Below, piece after piece: positions 18,986 through 28,567 of a DNA stretch of 64,000 bases; position 1 is the first letter of the stretch; each line of letters starts with the position of its first letter. The position numbers were made by a program, and so were the translations under genes. The stretch comes from a virus (Duplodnaviria > Caudoviricetes). Where the stretch lies: positions 33,425 through 97,424 of the IMG/VR virus record IMGVR_UViG_2636415525_000002; one strand, given 5' to 3'. The notes under the pieces are model-generated. The model did not search any database, was not told the DNA's origin, and saw only the letters and a program-made list of their open reading frames with translations.

Positions 18986-19736
18986 CGGGAAATACCTCAA
19001 TTGATGCACCGAACAGGCCAAGCTGCAGATCCGGAACTTGGTCAAACAGAAGCGGCGTCAGTCTCTCGTCAAGCTCTTGAACACGCTCAACCGACTCCCG
19101 AACAAACAGTTCGAAATACAAACTTTCTTCGCCAGGAATGGTTTCTACGAGATCGCGAATACCAACCAACCGCACCTTTTCGTCAAACAGAAACCGGGTG
19201 CAGACTCTTACGACATTCGCAACTGTCGAACTCCTCAATCCCATTCTCGACGAAATTTCGATGATCTCGCGCGCTCGCAACAGATACTCGTCGATTGACT
19301 TAGTGCGCTTCTCGAGTATCGAAAGCAGATTCTCAGTCTCCGCCCACCTTCCCGCGGTGAAATTGTTCGAAATTGCCTCTTGAAGATACATAAGAGCTTC
19401 TGGCGCAAGATTCGATGCTTCTTCGATCAAGATGGACGCCCGCTCCAGATCGTTCAAATCGCGAAACGCTCTCGCCCAGTTGGCAACGACTGCGTGATCA
19501 CCACCTAAATTAACTGCTTTCGAAAACGCCCGATCAACGCCGTCAACATCCCACTTACAAGCAGAGATCACGCCGAGAAGTTGTTGCGACATAACCGGGT
19601 CGACGTTCATGCTCTCACGAGCATCCCGCTCGAACCGAGCCAATGAAAATTGGTCCGGTTCAATGCCTTTCATGCGCATGCCAGTAAGCGCCGTGAATGC
19701 ACTGTGCGCTTTGGACAGCGGAACTGGATTTGCCAT
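18972..19736 (-). CDS. TPR-like helical protein paired with HEPN gene
   Basis: 254 aa, AT-richer than flanks; TPR-like segments (AFSKAVNLG, EEASNLAPE); overlaps HEPN start. Confidence 0.65.
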   Translation of the reverse strand: MANPVPLSKAHSAFTALTGMRMKGIEPDQFSLARFERDARESMNVDPVMSQQLLGVISACKWDVDGVDRAFSKAVNLGGDHAVVANWARAFRDLNDLERASILIEEASNLAPEALMYLQEAISNNFTAGRWAETENLLSILEKRTKSIDEYLLRAREIIEISSRMGLRSSTVANVVRVCTRFLFDEKVRLVGIRDLVETIPGEESLYFELFVRESVERVQELDERLTPLLFDQVPDLQLGLFGASIEVFPDVSA

Positions 19737-19798
19737 GTCCTTAAAATACGTCGCCGGTTGAACTATTTGATTGAAATACTACACCAGTTGGGTTCAGC

Positions 19799-20116
19799 TC
19801 AGCCGGTCACCCAGAAAACGTGAGATCCGATGCCGAGATCCTCGTACGTCGGAACGTCGTCAGGATTGTCCGCCCCCTGAACCCACAAGCGACCTTGAAA
19901 GCCAAGGTGCTTGTACTGGCCGAGCAGATCGATGCCGGTCACCAACGGCAGGCCGGACACCATCGGGTTGTCCTGCGCATCCGCGACGTCGAGCACCCAT
20001 CCCGCGCCGCCGGCCTTGCGGTACTGGACGGTCAGGCGGTAGTCGGTCCCGCTCAGCGTCACCGTGAAGCGCTCGGGGCGCGGCGAAAACGGAATCTCGA
20101 AGAAGCTCGGCATCAC
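19799..20116 (-). CDS. Baseplate/tail protein
   Basis: GLPLVTGIDLLGQYKHLG; synteny. Confidence 0.75.
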   Translation of the reverse strand: MMPSFFEIPFSPRPERFTVTLSGTDYRLTVQYRKAGGAGWVLDVADAQDNPMVSGLPLVTGIDLLGQYKHLGFQGRLWVQGADNPDDVPTYEDLGIGSHVFWVTG

Positions 20117-20688
20117 ATACTCCCTGGCGGTACCGCGCCGCCCGGCGCTGGCGTCGCCGGCATGGCGGCCTTCGTGCCGCCGTTGCCGGTCTCGGCCGTC
20201 GACACCGGATCGGCCTGGTTCTCACGCGGCGGCAGCTTCGTCACCTGCGTCGACACGATCCGGATCTGCTTGAGCGTTGCCGTCAGAATCAGCGCGCTCG
20301 ACGTCTTCACGTCAGTGGTAAGCCGCAGCCCCTGCAGAAGCATGTTCTGGTAGGTTCGGCGGCTCGTCGTGACGTCGAACGGTGTGCGCGCCTGCTGCAG
20401 CGCGAGCAGCTGCGAGTAGATCGCATTGACGTACTGCGCCGACGGCAAGCCGCCGCCGTCGAACGTCGCCTCCGCGGCACCGAGCAACGCCTCGTAGTCG
20501 GCATTGCTCCAGCCGCACCGCATCGAGATATCCGGCTGCCGCTTGAAGGCGTGATCGGTGATCTGCGCCCCTTGCTCGACCGGATGCTCGGTGATCGTGA
20601 GTTCGTCGTTGTAGACCTCCTCGATCGCGACCTGCACCGTAATGCTGCCAATCTTCTTCGGCGAGATCATGATCATGTCGAGGATCAT
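20113..20688 (-). CDS. Tail tube initiator/Dit-like protein
   Basis: ITEHPVEQGAQITDHA, PFDVTTSRRTYQNM. Confidence 0.8.
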   Translation of the reverse strand: MILDMIMISPKKIGSITVQVAIEEVYNDELTITEHPVEQGAQITDHAFKRQPDISMRCGWSNADYEALLGAAEATFDGGGLPSAQYVNAIYSQLLALQQARTPFDVTTSRRTYQNMLLQGLRLTTDVKTSSALILTATLKQIRIVSTQVTKLPPRENQADPVSTAETGNGGTKAAMPATPAPGGAVPPGSM

Positions 20689-22811
20689 GCGATTACCCCC
20701 TGCATGTTGCGCACCATGTCGGAGTTGACCGCGCGCTGCTCGCGCTCAACCGCGCGACCGGCCGCCGAAGGATCGCCCGAGCCGGTCACGTGGATCTGCG
20801 TGGACTGATGCAGCTCGACCTTTGCCGGTCCGCCGCGCGCCGCCGACTGCGCGGCCAGCGCGCCGGCCGGTTGGTACGTCGCGCGCGTGTTGCGCAGCGC
20901 GGTCTCCATCTCGGCGGCCGTAATGCTCGCGCGGTTGTTGCCTTTACCGGCGTAGTAGCTGCGACCGGTGTCCGGGTCCGCGACACTAGCCCACTCGCGC
21001 GACGATGCGCGCAGCGCGCCGCGCAGATCGTCGCTACGCCCTTCGACATAGTCGGCGATCGCGCGCCGCTTGTTGCGCACCAGATACTGCCCGAAGATCC
21101 GGTCCTGCAGCTTCCGGTCGAACATCTCGGACCCGCTCAACTTCAACCCGCGCGCGGCCTCGGCCAGGGTGCTGCCGATTATCTGGTAGCGGCCGGCCGC
21201 GTTGAACTGCCCCGCGCGCTGCGCGGCCATGACCTGCGCCAGCGTCATGCCTTCGAGGTTCTCAGTGCCGGCACGGTAACCGCCGCGCGCGCCGCGGTTC
21301 ACGCTGTTGTAATCGCCTTCGCCGCGTGCGATCAGTTTGCCGAACGCCGTGTCCGCGAGCTGGCTGAGACGGCCGGCGAGACCGCTGTCGTCGGGAGCCG
21401 AAACACGCTCGATCCGCGGCGCCAGTATCGGCGCCGGAACGAGTTGTGGTATCGGATTCCGCGTACCGGAAGGCTGCGGCACCGGTGCCAACGGCTTTGC
21501 GCCACCCTGCGTCAGAGTGGGTTCCGGTGCAGCCAATGACGTCGCAGGGGTACGCGACTGCTCGACGCGCGGCGGCGTCAATTTCGCGCCGCCGCCATCC
21601 TTGACGCTGTCGATTTCCTCCTGCGTGTAGCCGCCGGTAGCGTCGAGGCCGCGGCGATCCTTCAGCGTGAGGATGTCCCACAGCGAGCGAAAGCGGCCGC
21701 CCGACAGCTTCGTGATCAGACCGTCGATCTGGTCGCGCACGCCGTCGCCGATTTTCCAGCCGAGGAAAGCCGCGCCGACGGCGGCCGCACTCGAGGCGAG
21801 CGCGGCAAGCTCGACGCCCACCGCAGAAAGCAGACCGGTTGCGCCACTGGCCGCCGCACCGCCCGCGCGCAGCGCCCCCACGATCTTCCAGATACCTCCG
21901 GCGATCTTGAATACGCCCAGCGCCTTCAGCGCGACACCGAGCAGCAGAATCTTCGTCGACCAACCGTCCGTCGCCCGGTCGAGCTCGATAAACCGATCTA
22001 CCAGCTTCGCAAGCGGCGGCCCCGCGGCCTCGGCCACTTTCAGGATGGCACTCGCGATGTCGGCGATCCTGTTGGCGATCTCGTCACCGTGGTCGTCCAT
22101 CCAACGCTGAAACCGATCGAGGCTTGGCCCGACCTTCTGCAGCATCGCGCCCTCGACGCGGATGCCGAGGTTCTCGAACGACGTGCCGAGTCCACGCAAC
22201 TGCGTCATGAAGCGGTGCGAATCGTCGGCCGCCTTGTCCAGACCGGTCGACTTCGACATCTCGCGGTACTGCGCGAGTAGCTTCTCGAAGTCCCCGTTAC
22301 GCATCGCGAGCATCAGGTTCTCGTCGATGCCGAGGATGTTGCCGTACTGGCTCGCGAGCCACGTCGGCTTGTTCGCCAGCGACTTCCCGAGGTCGGACAT
22401 GATGTCGACCGTGTCGCGCAGCTCGCCATTCGCGTTCCGCGTCTGCACGCCCAGCGTCGTGAGGTAGCCCTCGCCGGCCGGGTTGTTGCGCAGGAAGCGC
22501 GCGAGATTCTCGATCGTGCCGGTTGCCGCCTCGGCCGAGACGCCCATGTTCCGCGCGGCAAACTCGAAGCCGCGCAGGTTGGCCGCCGACGCGCCCGTGC
22601 GCTGCGACACGAAATACAGGCGCTCCAGCTTCGACGCGAATGCCGCGACGCCGGCGCTCACCGTGAGCGCGGCGCCGGACACCGTGGCGATCAGCTGCTT
22701 GACGCCCTTCGTCGTGCCTTCGACGCCTTCCTTGAAGTTCTTCAGGCCCTTCTCGTCGACCTTGAAGCCGAGCGCGACCAGGAACTCGCGGATGACGACC
22801 GAATCAGCCAT
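20685..22811 (-). CDS. Tape measure protein with C-terminal lysozyme-like domain
   Basis: Long Ala/Gly helical protein; GEGDYN...AAGRYQII...REWAS. Confidence 0.85.
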   Translation of the reverse strand: MADSVVIREFLVALGFKVDEKGLKNFKEGVEGTTKGVKQLIATVSGAALTVSAGVAAFASKLERLYFVSQRTGASAANLRGFEFAARNMGVSAEAATGTIENLARFLRNNPAGEGYLTTLGVQTRNANGELRDTVDIMSDLGKSLANKPTWLASQYGNILGIDENLMLAMRNGDFEKLLAQYREMSKSTGLDKAADDSHRFMTQLRGLGTSFENLGIRVEGAMLQKVGPSLDRFQRWMDDHGDEIANRIADIASAILKVAEAAGPPLAKLVDRFIELDRATDGWSTKILLLGVALKALGVFKIAGGIWKIVGALRAGGAAASGATGLLSAVGVELAALASSAAAVGAAFLGWKIGDGVRDQIDGLITKLSGGRFRSLWDILTLKDRRGLDATGGYTQEEIDSVKDGGGAKLTPPRVEQSRTPATSLAAPEPTLTQGGAKPLAPVPQPSGTRNPIPQLVPAPILAPRIERVSAPDDSGLAGRLSQLADTAFGKLIARGEGDYNSVNRGARGGYRAGTENLEGMTLAQVMAAQRAGQFNAAGRYQIIGSTLAEAARGLKLSGSEMFDRKLQDRIFGQYLVRNKRRAIADYVEGRSDDLRGALRASSREWASVADPDTGRSYYAGKGNNRASITAAEMETALRNTRATYQPAGALAAQSAARGGPAKVELHQSTQIHVTGSGDPSAAGRAVEREQRAVNSDMVRNMQGVIA

Positions 22812-23051
22812 TTTCACTTTCCATCTTGCGGCGGAACGCCGCTTCGTTGTCTGCCCGGACGGCAAGGGAATCGTTCATCAGCGCGACGTCGGCGAGGCCG
22901 AGCGTTCCATCGATCAGCGACTCGTACCGGCACATCTGGGCGTGCACCGGCGCGAGCAGCCAGTCCTCGCCGCCGGGCAGCGTGCGGATCCAGCCTACGT
23001 CGCCGCCGGGCTGCTCGCTTGGCTGGTAAGCAGCCCGCTGATAAAAGAACC
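22804..23051 (-). CDS. Tail assembly chaperone downstream part (GT-like), possibly by frameshift
   Basis: LPGGEDWLLAPV...YESLIDGTLGLADVALMNDSL in the -1 frame relative to the upstream chaperone; 5' boundary inferred. Confidence 0.55.
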
Positions 23052-23552
23052 GAGGTTCGCCACCACGACGCGCACGACGAGCGGCAGCATCACGTCGATG
23101 CCGATGTCGTCGAACATCGACGTCTTGTGAGTGATGTTCCAGACCTTCGCCCAGCCGGCGCCCTGCCAACGCTCGACTACCGACAGGCACGTGCCGAACA
23201 CGTATTCCGCGTCCTCGTCCTTCAGCCCGGCCAGCGCATCGGCGAACGGCTGCAACACTGGGGCGATTGCGTCAACCATCGACAGCAGTTCGCGCGACTT
23301 GTCGACCGCGGGCGTGGGCGCTTGCGCTTCCTGACTGGAAGCCTCGCCCTCGGCAAGCGCCGCAAGCGCGGCGTTCGCTACCGCCTGCTGCCGCGCGACG
23401 TCGGCTTGCTCAAGCTCGGCGTAGAACTTCATCAGGACCGGGATCATCGGCGGGATGATCGGCGCGATGCGCCGCGAGACGTGGAACTGCTGCATCGCGC
23501 TCAGCTTGCCGATCGCGTACCGCACGCCGTTGAGTTGGATTTCGGTCGTCAT
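22995..23552 (-). CDS. Tail assembly chaperone
   Basis: YAIGKLSAMQQFHVSRR; lies between tube and tape measure genes. Confidence 0.78.
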   Translation of the reverse strand: MTTEIQLNGVRYAIGKLSAMQQFHVSRRIAPIIPPMIPVLMKFYAELEQADVARQQAVANAALAALAEGEASSQEAQAPTPAVDKSRELLSMVDAIAPVLQPFADALAGLKDEDAEYVFGTCLSVVERWQGAGWAKVWNITHKTSMFDDIGIDVMLPLVVRVVVANLGSFISGLLTSQASSPAAT

Positions 23553-23629
23553 GTTCAGCTCCGCAATCCGTTGACCGAGCATCTATCAAAATAGATAATG
23601 TTCTTGTTCATATATACCTTGAGGTTTCA

Positions 23630-24178
23630 ATGCGTGAGCTGCCGATTGAGTATCTTCGCGAGTGCCTTGATTACGACCCGCAATCGGGTCATCTGACATG
23701 GCGAGTCCGCCCCGAGTCCCACTTCAGCACCAAGTCCGTCGCACAACGCTTCAACAGCTTGTATGCGGGAAAAATTGCGGGCGGCCGCGTAGCGAACGGC
23801 TATCTCATGCTTCCGTTCAAGGACGAAAACGGCAAGCGGGTGATGGTCTACGCTCACCGAATTGCGTTCGCACTTCACCATGGCCGATTCCCGGTTGCTG
23901 AAATCGATCACGTCAATGGCATTAAAGAAGACAACCGCGCGGAGAATCTTCGAGAAGCAACGCGCCTAAAGAACGCGGCCAATACTGTCTTCGACTACGA
24001 CAACATGCGCGGCACGAAGCGACGCGGCGACAGGTGGCTTGCGCAAATCAGCCATCGAGGCGAGAACGTCTACCTAGGCTCCTACGACACTGAAGCCGAG
24101 GCATACGCTGCATTTTGTGGTGCCGCCACTCTCGCGCGACGAGAATTTGCGAAGCTCACACACACGCGAGACGACTAG
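23630..24178 (+). CDS. HNH homing endonuclease (HNH plus AP2-like)
   Basis: AHRIAF, IDHVNGIKEDNRAENLREAT, YLGSYDTEAEA. Confidence 0.88.
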   Translation: MRELPIEYLRECLDYDPQSGHLTWRVRPESHFSTKSVAQRFNSLYAGKIAGGRVANGYLMLPFKDENGKRVMVYAHRIAFALHHGRFPVAEIDHVNGIKEDNRAENLREATRLKNAANTVFDYDNMRGTKRRGDRWLAQISHRGENVYLGSYDTEAEAYAAFCGAATLARREFAKLTHTRDD

Positions 24179-24615
24179 TACTGACCCAGCAGACTGTCGA
24201 TCTTGATCGAGTCGAAGACCCATTCGAGGATGTCGCCGTCCTTCGCGTACTTGATGTCCGGCACCTTCTTGAACGCGCAGCTGCGCGCGGTATGGAGGTC
24301 GCCGGCCGCCGACTGCCCCACCTCGATCAGATTCTTTCCCCACAAGCGGCTGTCGAGCTGCTGCGCGTCGTACAGCGCCATCAGCTTCGCGTTGATCGGT
24401 GCCGTCTTGAGGTATCGGAGCGTGACCTGACCGGATTTGTCGGCGTGCAGGCTGTGCATGCCCTCGCCATCCGAGCCGATCGTCATCGTGTTCTTGTCGC
24501 CCGCGCGCACGATCGTGATGCCTTCTTCTGCGGTCGCTTCGCCGTAGCCGAGCGAGAACGCGCCGCCCGGGCCGACGATCGTCGCCGTGACGTCCTGAAA
24601 GCTGTAAGTCGCCAT
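24175..24615 (-). CDS. Tail tube protein (DUF3277-like)
   Basis: MATYSFQDV...IGSDGEGMHSL; follows sheath. Confidence 0.85.
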   Translation of the reverse strand: MATYSFQDVTATIVGPGGAFSLGYGEATAEEGITIVRAGDKNTMTIGSDGEGMHSLHADKSGQVTLRYLKTAPINAKLMALYDAQQLDSRLWGKNLIEVGQSAAGDLHTARSCAFKKVPDIKYAKDGDILEWVFDSIKIDSLLGQY

Positions 24616-24630
24616 GTTGAGATGCCCCTG

Positions 24631-26106
24631 TTAGCGGTTAACGTTGACGAGGATGTCGGCGCCGTGGATCGCGCCGGCTTCCTTCGCCGCGACCTGGAAC
24701 GTGACGGACTTACGCGCCTCGCGATCCGCCTGCGACTGCGTCGCGATGGGCGGTGCGTAGACGTAGTAACCCTTCGCGAGCGTGTCGCCTTGGTTCAGTG
24801 CGCCGAAGCCAGCCGAATTCCAGACACCGGGCGCTAGGTAGCCGTTGTTCACCGCCGCCTCACACGCAGCCGAAATGGTCGCCGCGATCAGCGCGTTGCC
24901 GCCGTCGGTCTGCGGGATCTTCGTCGGGCTCTGGTACAGCAGGTTGTAGACGTCCGTCTCGATGCGGTTGCGGAACCAGATCGCGTTGTAGACGGAGTCG
25001 GCGAACAGCCCGCTCGGCGTCACGCCGTACTGGATGATCGACGTGTCGTTGCTGTAGTTCACGAACACGTTGCAGTTCTTCGCCTGCAGCGCGTTCGCCT
25101 GCGTGCTGGTGAGCTGCTCGGCAGCAACGCTCGGCTCCTGCTTGAACATGAGCGTGATCGTCGTGTTGTTGCCGTCGAAGTTCACCGTCAGCAGCCGGCC
25201 GAGCAGCGACGACACCGCGTACGGCGTCGAGCTCGAGTACTGGATGATCGTGTACTTCAGCTTCAGCGCCTTCAGCTTGCTCGCGATGTCGGTCGACACG
25301 GTCGAGTCGAGCACCTGCGGGTTTTGCGTCGTGATGCCGTAGATGTGCCGCTGGTCGGCTTCGATGAGGTTCGCGACCGCGATGTGTTGATCGTCGGTGA
25401 TCGATGCGTCCACGAAGTCGAGGCCGAGGAACTGGTTCGAGAAGCGATCGAGGAACAGCGCGGCCGCGTCGACGGGCTGCTCGGGCGCGATGCCGTCCGC
25501 CGGCACGCCGGCGAGGTTGCTCGTGAGGCCGAGCATCGCCGAGATGTCGGTACCGCTGCCCGGCGCCGTCGCATAACCGACCTTCGAGTTCGTGCCGGTG
25601 GTGTTCGACGTCACGACGAATTGCGAGCCGGTCCACGCGATCGTCGCGCCCGTGAGCTTCGCATTGATGGCGCTCGCGACACCATTCAGATTCGTCTGGG
25701 CCGAGAAGTCGAGGCCGCTGACGGTCTTCGCAGCGCCGTCGATCGTGATGCTGAACGCGCCAGTGGTCACCGCTTCCCACAGCGCGATGTCCTGCTGCGC
25801 GGCTGACAGCACGCCACCGCGAAGCGAGCCGGACGTTGCCGTCTTCGCCCACCGGCCGATCATCAGCTGTTGCGGCTGCGGCACCTGGTTGAAGTAGAGC
25901 GCTGCGGCGAAGTACTCCGGCGTGTTCGTGCCGAAGTCGGCTGTCACCTCGTCGATGCCGCCGTACGTGCGCGCGCGCTCGTTCGTATCGATGACGGCCG
26001 ACGGGCCGAGAATCAGCCCGGTGTTCATGTTCGCGCCCTGCGCCGCGAGCGCGGCGAGGTTGATCGTCACGTTGATCAGGCGCGATACCGGCAATCCGTT
26101 GGACAT
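24631..26106 (-). CDS. Tail sheath protein (DUF3383-like)
   Basis: 491 aa; [21 protein letters not shown]. Confidence 0.9.
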   Translation of the reverse strand: MSNGLPVSRLINVTINLAALAAQGANMNTGLILGPSAVIDTNERARTYGGIDEVTADFGTNTPEYFAAALYFNQVPQPQQLMIGRWAKTATSGSLRGGVLSAAQQDIALWEAVTTGAFSITIDGAAKTVSGLDFSAQTNLNGVASAINAKLTGATIAWTGSQFVVTSNTTGTNSKVGYATAPGSGTDISAMLGLTSNLAGVPADGIAPEQPVDAAALFLDRFSNQFLGLDFVDASITDDQHIAVANLIEADQRHIYGITTQNPQVLDSTVSTDIASKLKALKLKYTIIQYSSSTPYAVSSLLGRLLTVNFDGNNTTITLMFKQEPSVAAEQLTSTQANALQAKNCNVFVNYSNDTSIIQYGVTPSGLFADSVYNAIWFRNRIETDVYNLLYQSPTKIPQTDGGNALIAATISAACEAAVNNGYLAPGVWNSAGFGALNQGDTLAKGYYVYAPPIATQSQADREARKSVTFQVAAKEAGAIHGADILVNVNR

Positions 26107-26115
26107 GCTGGTCCC

Positions 26116-26706
26116 CTACGAGTGGATGTTCGAAACGCCGGCCACGGGCGTCGACGAGTCGGTCGTCGTCGCCACGATGGCCGATTTCAGGTTGAGGACC
26201 GAATAGGTCCGGGTGATCTTGCGGCGCAGCGTCACGGTCATGTCATAGCGCCGCACCCACTGCTGATTGACAAAGTCCGGCACCGGGCGGATCGCGCTGA
26301 CGCCGACGAATGCCATGTCCTGCAGTTGGAGCTGCTCGCGGTTCTGCGGGATCGCGAGACCGTCGGCGAGACGCTGCGCGTAACCCTTCGCGCGCGGGCC
26401 GTAGAACGTGCATAGGACGTCTATGTCCTGGTGGCGGATGTACGTGTCGTGCCCGTCGCCAGTGCCGTCGTGCTGGATCGCCGGCGCGGCGTCCGGCTCC
26501 TGCTCCTGCACGCCGAACGCGCACCAGTCGACGGACGGCTCGGGCTGCTTCGGGACGGTGGGCTGCCAACGCGGCCGCACGAGGTCGCCGGGGAGCGCCG
26601 TGATGCCTGCGATCAGGTCGTGGACGAGATCGTCGAGGGCGTCATCCTCGGCCGGCGGCGCATCGACGGCTGGCGCCAGATATCCGCCGGTCGAGCTGTC
26701 GGTCAT
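26116..26706 (-). CDS. Tail terminator/neck protein
   Basis: LVRPRWQP; synteny. Confidence 0.72.
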   Translation of the reverse strand: MTDSSTGGYLAPAVDAPPAEDDALDDLVHDLIAGITALPGDLVRPRWQPTVPKQPEPSVDWCAFGVQEQEPDAAPAIQHDGTGDGHDTYIRHQDIDVLCTFYGPRAKGYAQRLADGLAIPQNREQLQLQDMAFVGVSAIRPVPDFVNQQWVRRYDMTVTLRRKITRTYSVLNLKSAIVATTTDSSTPVAGVSNIHS

Positions 26707-26710
26707 AGGG

Positions 26711-27082
26711 TCATCCCGAGAGAGGTTTCAGGTCGCACGTGGCGCATACGAAGCCGCGGCCGAAGTGCGAGTAGTCGTTCACGTTCACGACGGTGTAGGT
26801 GCGGCCCGCCCACACGACTTCGTCGGCGTCCTGACCGAGACTGCCGTCCAACAGCCGGAACGTCGTGTGCAGCGTGATCGAGCCGATGATTCGGCTGCCG
26901 TCCGCATTGCGGTGCAGGATGTCGCCCTTGTCGCTCGTCACGACCGCGGCGAACGGCGTCGACGCCGCCGTGTTCTGCCCGCGGCCGTGGCCGTCGACTG
27001 TCTGCGTCATTCGATTGCAGATCAGGCCCGTGTCCATGAAATCCGGATCGAGTAGGACCTCGGTTGCGTCGAGGAAGGCCAT
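26711..27082 (-). CDS. Head closure protein
   Basis: EVLLDPDFMD; synteny. Confidence 0.7.
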   Translation of the reverse strand: MAFLDATEVLLDPDFMDTGLICNRMTQTVDGHGRGQNTAASTPFAAVVTSDKGDILHRNADGSRIIGSITLHTTFRLLDGSLGQDADEVVWAGRTYTVVNVNDYSHFGRGFVCATCDLKPLSG

Positions 27083-27143
27083 AGTGAGCGCACCAACGAA
27101 AAAGGGCCGCGCATGGCGGCCCTTGGAGCTGTGAGACTGGAAA

Positions 27144-27623
27144 CTACTTCTTGTGGACCACGTACGTGATCGCGTTTCGATACTGAGCGGTGTCGACCAG
27201 CGTGTTCTCTCGCGTGACGCCGCGGCGCCGGCGCGCGGCCAGCGTCGAGTCAGCGAGTTTGGGCGGGATGTTGCTGTTGATCTTCGCGCGCACGCCGTTT
27301 TGCCCGGCGAGACCGGCCAGCTTCAGCCTGCGCTCGACCTGTTCGAGATCGCCGTCGAGCGCCGCTTCGACGCCCTTCTGGAGCTGCGGCTCGAACTTCG
27401 GCCGCGCGTCCTGCACGCCGGGCACCAGGTGCGGGCGCGCCGGGATGTTGTTGGCCGGCGAACCGTTTTCCATGATGTAGCCGATCTCGGCGTTGCTGAG
27501 CGGCTCGCCTTCGTTCTTCCGTCCGGCGGTGCTGTCGGGCACGCCGACGAGCACCTCCTTCTTCACGAGCCCGCTGATCGACTTCAGCACCTCGTCGAGG
27601 CGGTCGATTTTCATGCCGTCCAT
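27144..27623 (-). CDS. Neck/virion morphogenesis protein
   Basis: NIPARPHL, LVDTAQYRNAITY. Confidence 0.75.
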   Translation of the reverse strand: MDGMKIDRLDEVLKSISGLVKKEVLVGVPDSTAGRKNEGEPLSNAEIGYIMENGSPANNIPARPHLVPGVQDARPKFEPQLQKGVEAALDGDLEQVERRLKLAGLAGQNGVRAKINSNIPPKLADSTLAARRRRGVTRENTLVDTAQYRNAITYVVHKK

Positions 27624-27651
27624 GGGATTCTCCCGATGGGCGGCGGCAGCG

Positions 27652-28035
27652 TTACAGCTGAATGCCGCCCGAGCCCATCATCTGCGCGAGGCTGAGATAG
27701 CGAACGCCGTACATCGTGGCGTTCCAGAAACCGCCGTCCTTGATGGCGACAGCCGCGGTGTCGTAGCTCGCGCTCACCTTGTCGACGGCCTTCGACGACT
27801 GCGGCCCGGTCACCTGCCCGGGCACGCCGCCGACTGCGGCCGTCTTCTGGTCCTTAAGCGCGAGCGCGAGGTGGTGCGCGGTGACCAGCGCGACACCCAG
27901 ATCCGTCAGCTCGCGCCACCGATCAGCATTGACTAGCGAGACCGCGACCGTCATCCAAAACTGGACGAGGGAGTCGGGGTACGTCGTCGTGTCGTTGAAC
28001 TCGGGAAACGATTGTCGGAACTGGGCGATATCCAC
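27652..28035 (-). CDS. Head-tail adaptor (DUF4054-like)
   Basis: FRQSFPEF, LVTAHHL, WNATMYG. Confidence 0.82.
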   Translation of the reverse strand: MDIAQFRQSFPEFNDTTTYPDSLVQFWMTVAVSLVNADRWRELTDLGVALVTAHHLALALKDQKTAAVGGVPGQVTGPQSSKAVDKVSASYDTAAVAIKDGGFWNATMYGVRYLSLAQMMGSGGIQL

Positions 28036-28098
28036 GTGTCACCTTGCCAAAATGCGGATGCCCGGCGCGCGCCTGCATGGCGCGGCGCCGGGAGGCCA

Positions 28099-28566
28099 TT
28101 ATGCCTTCTTCCCGCTGCTGGACTTCTGGTTGGCGCCGTCGGCTGCGCCATCCTTCGCAGCGGCCGCGGCGTCCTTCTGGGCTGCCTCGAAGGCCGCGAC
28201 CCGCGCGGCGAGATCCTGCTCGCTCGCCGCGACCGCAGCTTCGCGCGTGTCGAGCGCGGCCGCGCGGTCGTCCAGCCCCTTGCCGAACGTATCGAGCTCG
28301 GTGCGCAGCCTTTCAAGCCGGTCCGACTCGGCCTGGAGATCGGACTTCGCCGCGGCGAGCGCCGCAGCCTGATCGGTCGCGCCGCCTTGCGAGTCACCCA
28401 CATCGCCGGACTTCTCCGGCAGCGGGCCCGTGTGCGCCTTCGCGTACCAGTGCTCGGCGATGAAGTCCTCGACCTCCTGTACGCCGGCCTCGACACGCCG
28501 GACGACTTCCTCGCCCTCGTGCACCAGCCGAATCGTGAACGCCGTCAGAACGTTGATCTTCGCCAT
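28099..28566 (-). CDS. Phage protein downstream of capsid (coiled-coil C-terminus)
   Basis: 155 aa; adjacent to capsid stop. Confidence 0.65.
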   Translation of the reverse strand: MAKINVLTAFTIRLVHEGEEVVRRVEAGVQEVEDFIAEHWYAKAHTGPLPEKSGDVGDSQGGATDQAAALAAAKSDLQAESDRLERLRTELDTFGKGLDDRAAALDTREAAVAASEQDLAARVAAFEAAQKDAAAAAKDGAADGANQKSSSGKKA

Positions 28567-28567
28567 G

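Noticed and set aside
23630-24178. HNH genes (also 36699-37250) as intron-encoded
   Set aside because: Both lie between intact genes; no split host gene or intron structure is evident.
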